From positions 182,282,001 through 182,346,000 of the forward strand of contig NC_086097.1 in assembly GCF_963921235.1 (NCBI RefSeq): DNA of 64,000 nt. Direction: 5' to 3'. The translations under genes were made by a program, and so were the position numbers. The stretch is from Mobula hypostoma (taxonomy: Eukaryota). The notes under the pieces are model-generated. The model was not told where the DNA came from. It worked only from the letters and a program-made list of their open reading frames with translations, and did no database searches. Of this stretch, positions 52,341 through 64,000 are shown piece by piece (the stretch's first letter is position 1; the number at the start of each line of letters is the position of its first letter).

Positions 52341-55300
52341 TTTATGTTTCTAAACCCTTCAAATGTTGAAAGGCATAGACGGAGTAGATGTGGAAAGGAC
52401 GTTTCCCATGGTGTGTAAGTCTAGGACAAGAGGGTACGGCCTCAGGATAGAGCGGCGTCCATTTAAAACAGATGCGGAGAAATTTATTTAACCAGAGGGT
52501 GGTGAATTTGTGGGATTTATTACCACAGGCAGCTGTGGAGGCCAGGTCATTGGGTGCATTTAAGGCAGAGATTGATAGGTTCTTGATTGGACAGGGCATC
52601 AAAGGTTACAGGGAGAAGGCCGGGGAATGGGGTTGAGGAGAGGAAAGAAGGATCAGCCATGATTGAACGGTGGAGCACACTAGGTGAGCAGAATGGCCGA
52701 ATACTGCTCCTCTGTCTTATGGTGGTGGTTGACGAGGGCTTTATAGCTCGAAGACAGTTGCCCAGTGGGGTTCCCAGGAGTCTGGACAACCATCCCTCTC
52801 TATGATGGGTAGACAGCATGGTAAAGAAACCCAGAAATAATATAGGAAGCCATGGTGGTAGCCACTGAGGAGGGAGACAAACTGCACGAGAGTAGAGAGA
52901 GTGAGGAAGCTGAGCAGGACAATGACAAATGGAGTTCAGTCAGGAGCAACGTGGGGTGAGGGAACAGACTGTTCATGGGCAGGTACCGCGTGGAGTGCAC
53001 ATTCACACATCCACCAAGGGAGCAGGACAGGTCAGTAAGGTGGTTACAAGGTCTGCTGGAGGCTTTCCTTCAGATCAAGTTGAGCTTATTGCCATATGTA
53101 CAGTACACTGAGGTACCAAAACAGTGAAAAAACTGGCTTGCAGCAGCATCACAGGCACATACTGCACATAGAATATAAATTATACAAGACAGTGCTGAAG
53201 AAAAATAAATTGGCCTAGTCAGAGAGCAAGAAGGTTGTGCTAGAACAGTGTACACCAGTAGCTAGATCACAACTGGAGCATTGTTAACAGTTGTGCTTAT
53301 CTCATGCTCTGTGACTGTCATGCTCTAAGCTTTTCCTTGCACCTGTGCACAGTATGCATGTGACAATAAACTTGACTTTGATTGCCATGTTACAGGAGAG
53401 ACATGGTTATATTGGAGTAGATAAAGAGATGTCGACGGAACTGGGGAACTGTAAATGAGGAAAGATTGGAGGGTCCGAGGGAGACAAGTGAGGTTTATGA
53501 GATGATGAGGGGCCATGACAGAGAGGACACAGGAGACCACAGCTGCCAGAATCTGGAGCAACAAATATCTGCTGGAGGAACTCAGGGTGTGGGGGTGGGG
53601 GGGCGTGGTGTGGTCAGGCAGAATCTGAGGTTGTTGACATTTCAGGTCAAGACTGCATCAGAGAAGGTGGAAGGGACCTGTTCCCTTAGCAGAGGGATAG
53701 TAAACAAGGGGCAGACGTCCAAACAGTAGGATTAGGAGGAAGGTGAGGGAAATATTTTCTCTCAGAGGATAGGGTAGTGGTAGTATTGATCTTGCTACTT
53801 GAAAGGGTAGGAGAGGCAGAGACCTCGACCTCTGTTGCAGTTTAACAGTATGGGTGGTCTGCAGAGCTGTGAACTGCTAGGATTGCCCTGCAAAACTCCT
53901 TCTGTTGGCACAGACACAATGGGCCAAGTTTGTGCCATAAATTCTCTATGATTCTTCAGTCCGTGACCACCCTACTTATCCTGACAAATCTCTCTCCCTC
54001 TCCAGTGGTACAGACTGCAAAACCTATTCAGATCTCAGCTCCTGGTTTCTCTACCACTAGAAACTACTTTTAATTCCAACCAGAGACTGGACTTCTTCCT
54101 GGTCCATTGGAGGACTCTCGTTACTGGCTCATGTGCCAGTCTCTGAGCAGTCACTCTGTGTCATTTCAGAGCCTGGCCCCCTGTCCAAAGGTGCAACTGT
54201 CACCCACGTTGCCCCCGCACTGTCACTCCAGGAGGGCATCATGCTGGAACATTCTTGCACACCAGCTTCTCCCACATCCCTGCAGACCCGTAACGTGGAG
54301 AGCAGAACAAGGAAGATGGTCTCCGCAGACTCTCAGCTGGCAGTTAGCAGAGTCATTGAAGCAAGCCCTTTGCCCCACCATGTCCATATTGATCTTACTG
54401 CCCATTTGCACTGATCCCCTTTGCCCACATTAGGACTGTACCCTTTTATATCTTGTCTATTGGCATGTCTCTCTAAATGTCTCTAAAACACAGTGACATA
54501 TCTGCCTCCATCACTAACTCTAGCAGCAAGATCCAGACATCAACCACTCTGTAAAAAAAATAAATCTCAGATCCTCTTTAAAACTTCCTCTCAATTTAAG
54601 CCTGTACCCTGTTGTATAGGGCTTCCCTGCCATGTGTGAACCTGGGCAGAGGGCAGACCTGTGACAGTGCAGGGATTGTCTGAGCACTGAGACAGGTGTG
54701 ATGAACTCACTGTAGGTGGGCAAGACTGAACTGGCCAGCTGACCTGAGAGGCAAGGATGGACTGCTTCGCCTAGTGTCTGCTGGAGTTTGGGAAGTGGGG
54801 TGATAGAAGTTGAGGGGTGTTGGCAGGAAGGCTGTGTAGAAGGAGAATTCCTCCTGTGGGAGAGTCTGGAACAAGAGATCACTGTTTAAAGTGGCTACAT
54901 ATTTATTACAGGCAAGAGTTTTCTCTATGGGGTGATTTTAACTTTGGGATTCGTGTCCTCAAAGGTTGATGGAAGCTGAACTTTAAGGCCAAGGTAGGTT
55001 GTTTCTTGATAAGCAGATGCTGAATGGTTACAGGAGTGGCAAGGGGCCAGCAGAGTGACCAATCCCTGGACTAATTCCATTACAAGCCTCTCAGTGATAT
55101 GAAGCACACTGGGAATGGGAACAGACTCCAATCCCTGAAGCCCATTGGTGAGGATAGTGAGACAACGCAATGGCCACTCCTGGTGCTGAAGCACAGGCAT
55201 CCTGTTTGCCCTGGTGGAGTCTGCTCTCCCCTTCTCTGGGACTCTGCCTGGCACTAGCGTGGCAAAGCTGCTGCTGAGCCTTCCTATCTGCCCCTTCATC

Positions 55301-56029
55301 GGCCAGACGTGGCAATGGAGCCTCGAAAGTCTGGTGTGTGGCGTACTGAAAGGGTTAATTATGCACTGACATTGATAAGTGGAGGGGTGGTCTCAGAGGG
55401 GCTGTGTGTTGGTCGTCAGTATCAGGCCGAGCCTCTGTCAGTCACTCACTTAGACAACAGGACAAGCAGCCTGGCGACTGTAAACCTTATCAGTGAATGC
55501 AGAGGGTCAGAGGGTGACCACGCACTGAGCATGCTCCTGCTTGCCCGTCATTCAGGGTATTGATTCCGTTTCTGCGACAGATCCTGACGGATAAGCCGTA
55601 TGAAGCGAGATGGATTTCTTTTTGTCAACAGTGACTTGGACAGTGTGGGTGTATTATTCTGTCCAATCGATTCTGTGCTCCCTTGGGCAGTTAAATTGTG
55701 GCTGAACAGTGGGAGCCTTTGTGAATGGCAGCGAAGGCGCGAGACAAGTGCAGTATGGACTGAGAAGCTGCTGATAAAGTGCGGAGCGCTGCTTTGTCAC
55801 AGTGATCACTGAGATCATACCGGCACATTCCTTGCAATCACTGACCTTTATAGCCCTTCCCAGCTTTAACCCCTCTCTGTCATCCCATCCTGAGGATCTG
55901 GGCCACTGGAGGTGTTAGTTCTACCTACAGCCTGGGTGAGGGATCCACCGTCCCTGTCCTCCATGTTTCAGTGAGGGGTGTGGAAGTGGGTGCTGGACAA
56001 GTGGTGCTGCCCTGGTGAAGCTGCCCCAC

Positions 56030-56510
56030 AGGAAAATATCAACTTCCGCCTTATATACACACACAGACTTGGCCTCCACCACAGTCTGTGGCAGAGCATT
56101 CCATAGATTCACTACCCTCCGGCTAAAAAAAAAATTCTCCTTTCCTCTGTTCTAAAAGGTTGCCCCTCATTTTTGAGGCTGTGCCCTCTAGTTCTGGATA
56201 CCCCACCATAGGAAACATCTTCTCCACATCCACCCTATGTAGTCCTTTCAACATTTGGTAGGTTTCAATGAGATCCCCCCCAACCCCCAGCATTCTTCTA
56301 AATTCCCATGTGTATAGGCCCAAAGCTGCCAAATGCTCCTCATTTGTTAACCCCTTCATTCCCAGAACCATCCTTGTGAATCTCCTCTGGACTCTCTTCA
56401 ACGACAACACATCCTTTCCGAGATTATGGGGCCCAAAACTGTTGACAATACTCCAAGTACAGCCTGACTAGTGTCTTATAAGGCCTCAGCATTATCTCCT
56501 TGTTTTTATA
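56030..56510 (-). mobile_element. CR1 LINE fragment
   Basis: ORF 56123-56410 SLKRVQRRFTRMVLGMKGL. Confidence 0.85.
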
Positions 56511-56835
56511 TTTCTGTTCCCCTTGAAATACATCAAATCATCAAAACATACAGTGAAATTCGTTGTTTGCATCAACGACTTACACATTCGGAGGATGTGC
56601 TGGAGACAGTCCACAAGTGACACTGTGCTTCTAGTGCCAGCATAACATGTCCACCACTTACTTACCCTAACCTGTATGTCTTCGGAATGTGGGAGGAAAT
56701 TGGAGCACCCAGAGGAAACCCACGCAATTGCTGGAAGAATGTACAAGCTCCTTACAGGTAGCTGTGTGAATTGAACCTCAATAGCTGATTGCTGGTACTT
56801 TAAAGTATTGTACTACCTCTACACTACCATGCCAT
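56510..56835 (-). mobile_element. V-SINE (HE1-like)
   Basis: GTGGGAGGAAATTGGAGCACCCAGAGGAAACCCACGC (reverse complement of the V-domain). Confidence 0.8.
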
Positions 56836-58119
56836 ACCATACCGTGAATGGTGAGGCAATGACACATCCAATGGGGGAAGGTGACCAGGAACGTCCCCAG
56901 TCCCAGCAGTGTTCATGCCCAGCACATGAATACTGGGGACATGATGGGCAAAGGGCCTCATCTTTGCTACACTGATCTGTGTCCTGTGAAAGGCTGAAAC
57001 GTTCACAACTACCTCCAGTCAGAGGTACAGAATGAATCCACCTCGCCTTCCTCCTGAGAGTCCCACCGTCACAGGAGAGGTTTCAGCCACCCACTGACCC
57101 TGAGTTACTCTCATAGTCTATATGAGAACAGTGGGCACCCCAATTACAGTGAGACCAGGCAACTTCCAAGCTGTGGTACTGAAGACCCGTGTTCCAGGAG
57201 TAGCTGTGTCTTGAACCATGCAGTTGCAGTACAGGTACAACACTGGTGGGTAGGGCTGCCCAGGTGGATCCTGTTAACGGAGACCAATCTGGCTTATTCT
57301 GCTCTCAGCCATCAGCCACGTGCTGTAGGCTGTGCTGCCAAGCAGTTGTGATGCATCAGCGACAGGCCTGGGTTTTACCAGGGTCAGTTGGCTCCAGACT
57401 TCAGCACAGACTCTGTCCAAACACAGGCCAAATGGGAGGGGAGTGAGAGCAAGTACACTCTACATAGGAGAATGTGTGGATCAGGGAACCCTGGTCTACC
57501 TGAAAGCAGTCCATACTATCAATACATTGTGGTTGGAGGTCAATCACATCAGCTCCAGAACATGACTGCAGGAACTTCTGCCAGCGTTCAAAGCCTGACC
57601 ATCTTCAGCGGCTTCACCAGTGACCTTTCCTCCACTGTAAGGAATGTTTGCTGATGATTACCCAGTTCCTCTCACTCCACAGACTGTGAGCAGATGTATC
57701 AAAGGCTGGTGAATGTTCATGCCACTGAAATACTAGGCAACAAAACATCTCCAGATGAACACAGCTTGGTACAGCAACTGCTCTGCTCAAGACTGCAAGA
57801 AATTGATGAATTGTTGACACAGCCCAATCCATAACACAAATCAAAGATTCCTTCATTTCCAGCTGTCTTGGGAAAGCAACCAACATAATCAAGGAGTCCT
57901 GCTATCCTAGTCACTCTGTCATCTCTCCCCCACTCCCATTGGTCAGGAGATCAAAAAAAACACTTGAAAAGATGTACCATCAAGCTCAAAGACAGCATCT
58001 ATCATGCTTCTATATTCAGACTCTTGAACAGACCTCTCATATGTGAAAATAACTGAATTATTACCTCATTGTGGCCCTGACACTTTGCCTGCCTGCAGCT
58101 GTAGTACAATATTTGAGTT

Positions 58120-60190
58120 AGATAGATAGAACACTACAGCACAGAAACAGGTCATTCGGCAATCTACTCCATGCTAGAACTATTAATCTGACCAGACCTA
58201 CCAACCTGCACCTGGACCACAACCCTCCATTCCCCTCCCATCTATGGACCTATCCCAATTTCTTTTAAATGTTGAAATCAAACCCGCATTCATCACTCAC
58301 ATCGGCAGTTCATTCCACTCTTTCCTCTGCTTGCACTTACCCTGTCTATACCCTTCATGATTTTGCGTACCTCTAGCAAATCTCCCCTCCTTCTCCTTCT
58401 CCTGCGCTGTAGGGTACAAAGTCCTAATCTATTCAACGTTCCCCTTTCATTCAGGTCCTCAAGTACTGGCAACATCCTTGTAAATTTTCTCTGCAGTTTG
58501 TAATCTTTCCCATAGTCAAGTGACCAGAACTGCACACAGTACTACAAATTAGGCCTCACCAACATCTTATTCAACGTCGACATGACATCTCAACTCGTGT
58601 TCTTGGTACTTTGATTTATGTAGGCCAATGTGCCAAAAGTTCTCTTTATGACCCCATCTACCTGTAACTCCTCTTTCAAGCAATTATGGATCTGCATTCT
58701 CAGATACCTCTGTTCTACCACACTCCTCAGTGCCCTACTGCTCACCTGCAAGTCCTACACTGGTTTGTCCTCCCAGAGTGCGAACTTCACACTTATCTGC
58801 ATTAAGTTTCATCTGCCATTTTTCAGCCCATTTTTCCAGCTGGTCCAGATCCTGCTGCAAGATTTGATAGCCTTCCTCATTCTCAAGAGGTTTCATCCTC
58901 AAATTTGCCAATCCGGTTAACCATATTATCATCCAGATCGTTGATATAAGCAACACTGGACCCAGCTCCACTGGACCCAACACTAGACCCAGACCCGCTA
59001 GTCACAGGTCTCCAGTCAGAGAGGCAACCATCTACTACCACTCTCTAGCTTCTCTCGTGAAGCAAATTCATTACCTCATCCTGAATGCCAAGTGAGAGAA
59101 CTTTCTTGACCGATCTCCCATGCAGGTCTTTAGAGGCCTTGCTAAAGTCCATGTAGACCATATCCACTACCTTGCCTTCAAATGACCTGCTAATTTCCTT
59201 GAAAAACTCTCAAGGTTGGTTAGACATGACCTACATTGCAAACAGCTATACTGACCATCCCAAATCAGTCCATGTCTATCCAAATACTCTGGTCTTTTAG
59301 AGTATCTTCCAGTATTTTACTCTCTACTGATGCCGGTTTCACCGGTGTACAATTTCCCAGCTTATTTTTAGGGTATTTCTTAAACAATGGACCATTAACT
59401 ATCCTCTAGCCCCTCACCCGTTGCTAAGGACATTTTAAATATTTCTGTTTGGGCCCCTGCAATTTCTGCACTAGTCTCCCACAAGGTCTGAGGGAACACA
59501 GTCAGGCCCTGGTATAGACTGTCATCTAAGTAAATAAAGATGCAAAAAATCCATTTAAGATCTCCCCCTTCTTTCAGCTCTGTGCATAGATGTCCACTCT
59601 GATCTTCAGGAGGACCATGTTGTTTCTTGACAGCCTTTTGCTCTTAATATACTTGTAGAAGCCCTTGGGATTCTACTTCACCTTGTCTGCTAGAGCACCC
59701 TCATGCCTTTTTTAATCTCTCCTGATTTCCTTCTTAAGTGCTCTCTTGCATTTGTTATACTCAAGTATCTCATTTGTTCCATCCTGCCTATAACTGCCAT
59801 GTACCCCTTTCTTCTTAACCAGGGCCTCAATATTTCTTGGAAACTAAGATTCCCTTAATCTATTATTCTTGCCTTTTATTTGGACAGGAACATGCAAACT
59901 CTGTACTCTCAGAATTTCACTTTTGAAGGCCTCCGATTTACCAGGCACACCTTTGCCTGAAAACAACTTGTCCCATTCCACACTTTCCAGATCCTTTCTG
60001 ATACCATCAAAATCGGCCTTTCTCCAATTTAGAATCTCAAACCAAGGACCAGACCTATCCATCTCCATAAATTATCTTGGAACTAATGGCATTATGATCA
60101 CAAGCTGCAAAGTGTTCCCCTACACAAACCTCTGTCATCTGGCCTGTCTCATTCCATAATAGGAAATGTAGTGTCTCACTCTCTAGTTGG
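58120..60190 (-). mobile_element. CR1 LINE, degenerate ORF2 and 3' tail
   Basis: LQQDLDQLEKWAEKWQMK; ILNWRKADFDGIRKDL. Confidence 0.85.
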
Positions 60191-60706
60191 AGACTAGACT
60201 CCCTCAAGTTCTGCATTATGTTTCCCTTTGTACTATAATAGTGTGCTTATGTATGGAATGATCTATCTGGAAGGCTTGTAAACAAAACTTTTCACTGTAT
60301 CTTGGTACATATGACAAGAATAAACCAGTTCTAATAATCACCTCCCATTGAATCACCCAAAGCTGGGAATCCCATAGCTAGTGGCTCACTTGGTGAATTA
60401 TCAGAGCTTTCCCCCGTCGAGATAGAACACTTTCCACTCATCTGGATGAGTCTAGATCCAACAACGATTGGAGTTCTGACAGAAATGTCATTGGTTATTA
60501 AGACAGCTCAGCACCACTTTCTGAGCGGGATTGGGATGGGCAAGAAATACCATTCTGGTTTGCAGATGCATCCAGTTATTTAACCACGGGCCACGTTCCT
60601 GGTACAGAACAAGATGGGAACTGGGTAGGTGTGTAGTGGAGATTGGGATTAGTTGGTGTGCACCATATCTCTCGTTAATCTCAGAGCTGCCTTGTGTCAC
60701 ATTTGA

Positions 60707-61177
<471 letters not shown>

Positions 61178-61692
61178 TAGTCCCACTTGCCTGCATTTGA
61201 CCCTTATCCCTCTAAGCCTTCCCTATCCACGTACCTGTCCAAATGTCCTTTAAACTTTTGTAATTATACCCGTCTCTATCACTTCCTCCAGTAGCTCATT
61301 CTCTTTGGAAAATGTTGCCTCTCAGGTGTCTTTAAACCTTTCTCCTAACACCTTAAAACCTACGCTGTGACCATCTACCTTATCTATACTGCTTATGATT
61401 TTATAAAAGCAGTCCTAGTCTGTCCAGCCTCTCCTTATAACTCAAACTCTCCAGCACCGGTAACATGCTTGTGATTTTTTTTCCGACACCCTTTACATTC
61501 TAATGTCATTCTTTCAATAGTTGGGCAACCAGAACTGTACACAGCACTCCAAGTGTGGTCTCACCTTGGAAAGTACATGCTTAGACCTGGACATGTACAA
61601 TGTTCCAGTAACCTGCTTACACATTTCACATTCAACACACCCACCAGCTGTACACGTTGCAGTGAGTGACAGTGCCTCCTTTGCCCCTACAG

Positions 61693-61908
61693 TACGGAGT
61701 GGATGTGAAGAGTCGAGACGCACGAGGACTGACGCCGTTAGCCTATGCTCGTCGGGCAGGAAGCCCAGAGTGCATCGAGATTCTCACACAGCACGGCTGT
61801 CCCAGCGATAACTTTATCCCAATCCCAACTCCGAATCTGTCACGCAGGAACACCAACGTGAATAACAACTCACAGTCGGAGCTGTATCGAAGTGCCAGCA
61901 TCATCTAA
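61693..61908 (+). CDS. AGAP3: AGAP3 terminal coding exon ([46 protein letters not shown])
   Basis: CCCCTACAG acceptor; ankyrin repeat; TAA at 61906-61908. Confidence 0.96.
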   Translation, partial: YGVDVKSRDARGLTPLAYARRAGSPECIEILTQHGCPSDNFIPIPTPNLSRRNTNVNNNSQSELYRSASII

Positions 61909-64000
61909 TGTAGCAACACTGGTCCCAGCCCCGCTCTGTCGCAGCTGTCCCTCAGCCCCCCTCGTATCCCACCACCGACTGCTGGAGCCCCTTCTGCCCC
62001 CGGCTGATGCGGGCAGCGTCCTGTGCTCTCTGCTGGACTAGGGCTGCACCAACCTCTGAGTCAGAGCTGGACACGCAGGAGCGGCTGAGAAGGCAACATG
62101 GATGTCTGGAGGGGCTCAGTACTGTGGGCAGAAGGGTGGTTTTGGGGCACTGGGGTGGCACTGTCCCACCCACAACCTCCCCCCTCCCCCAGTAAAGGGT
62201 GCAAGTCACTGAGGAGCGTCGGGGCTCACTCACCGACACTGTAACATGGGGGGTGTGGGGGAAGAGGCTGAGAGAGAGGTGGGGGCAAGGCTGGGTGACA
62301 TAGGGGAGAATGACTCAGTCCAGAGAGATAGGACACAGCTGGGGTTACCTTGGGCGTGAAGGGGTGAGTTCTGTTAGACCCTGCTACCCTCCCACTTGCA
62401 AAGTCCAGGGTTCTCCGTGAACCCACCCCAGCCCCAGATGCCATGCTGGAGTCTCCCTGGTACACTCCATCCACTCAAAACGGGTCAGTATGGTGGAATC
62501 TATTACCCCTCACCCCACTCACCATCCTTCCCCCATCGATACCCCCCCCACCCTGAACTCCTACTATCCTCTCCTTCCTGCTGCCTGTGTGGGGTTGGGA
62601 CTCCTCCATCAGTGACCTGATGACCACTCTGTGGTTGGTGAGAAGAACCACACCAAGCAGGTCAGTCTATGTTCTACCAGGGCAGGGTGATGTTAGAGAC
62701 AGTGGCTCAGAGACACTCAGGACATCCTGCTCCTGTCCCTGTGAAAGAGCCTCTGGCACCAGTCTGCCCTGGGCTGTTTTTGTGCAGTTTGTCAGTGACA
62801 CCGGCACTGCGTGCGAACAGTGACACTCACTCTGCACACTTGCTGTAGAATCTCAGTACTCGTCCTGCACGGGCTTGTGCCCAGTGCACACCTATGCCCA
62901 CTCTCTTTGAACACCCATTCTACAGACATTACGCAGCCATTTTGAATGCTTATTCCACACGCACGTTGCAAACTCGCCATGCACGCTCAGTGACGTGGTG
63001 AAGCCAGTGGAGGACACAGACTTGTTTTCCTCTGCTATGGACTGCAGGATGAATCAGCTGGCTGCTGCCCCTTTCTCAGCCCAAGTTCTTCACCCACGCT
63101 GCACACCCCTTGATCAGCTTGTGTCCTCCAACTTTCTGCACCTGAGTGTGCTTAGGGGAGTGCAACGGTTAATGAGGAGCGAGAGTGATTGCATGAACAA
63201 AGTTTGAAACATTAGAATGAAGAATAATTAGTCAAATGCTTCAATCAGGATCAAGATACTTTGAATTAATTTACAGCCCCAGAGTAGTCCCCTCCCTTAA
63301 TCTCTGGCTGTGCCTCAATCTTCCTTGGGGTGTGAAGGGATATTTCCTTGTGCCCGTGGGGTTATCTCTCCCAGGCTCAACCGTCTCACCTTGAGAGGCA
63401 GCACCTTGCCCTGTGGGCTGTACCCTGCTCTGCCCAAGGGTGTAAACTCCTGGCATAGACACTGCCAGTGGGACAGAGCTTGGACAGACTGCCCAGATCC
63501 AAGCAGACACCCAGCAGCTAGATCGGGCATTTCTCTGGGGTCTGACATCACTGGGTACAAATACTGGCAGATGCAGAGGTGCCACACCCTGGAGTGAATG
63601 TCTGGCAGTCGGCTCTAGGTACAAATACAAATGAATTATTGGTGTGGGTACAGACACTGCCTGGCCTTGGAAAAGGCCACCCAGCCACGGGGTCAGTGTG
63701 GGTACGGACGCTGTCCAGCAATACGATGTGGTGGTGCCATTACAGGGAAGGAGATCTCCTAGGTTGATTACCCCAGCCCTATAATCACACTGCTGTCCAT
63801 TCACTGGCCCATGCGGGTCATTGTGTAGCACCTCGTTATGTGTTCCACCTCACCCCCCCCTCCACTCGGCCCACTACTTGTGCCCATCCTGCCACAGTGC
63901 TGGTTCAGTCGCCAAGTCCTTTGCCAATGCTGCCCTCTTCTAGTTATACCTCAGCTGCTGGATAGATTCTGGGTGTCAGGGCTCCCAGGAAAAGAGAGTC
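61909..64000 (+). other. Probable 3' UTR / downstream region of AGAP3
   Basis: Follows the stop codon; largely TE-free; I found no canonical AATAAA, so the transcript end cannot be placed. Confidence 0.45.

Noticed and set aside
63271..63831. 186 aa minus-strand ORF as a convergent gene such as GBX1
   Set aside because: No homeodomain or other recognisable motif; likely a chance ORF

Overview
Eukaryotic genomic DNA. The HE1/V-SINEs, abundant CR1 and Rex1/Babar LINEs and Penelope-derived hammerhead repeats suggest a cartilaginous fish, probably a ray or skate (inference). The + strand carries the last five coding exons of an AGAP-family gene, best matching AGAP3: end of the PH domain, ArfGAP zinc finger, ankyrin repeats and stop at 61908. 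These are split by introns of 10.8, 1.1, 33.8 and 0.7 kb. The introns hold deeply nested transposons: a full-length DD34E Tc1 with only two nonsense codons, two complementary Buster-type hAT deletion derivatives, a Tigger-like element and many CR1/Rex1 LINEs. There are three minisatellites, one apparently grown out of a SINE, and several TE-free islands rich in homeodomain, octamer or GATA motifs that may be enhancers of a neighbouring GBX gene. The most notable finding is a family of ~130-145 bp elements with 14-16 bp target-site duplications carrying a minimal hammerhead ribozyme, with one intact-looking copy at 45249-45290 on the minus strand. LINE and SINE boundaries are approximate and were read by eye.
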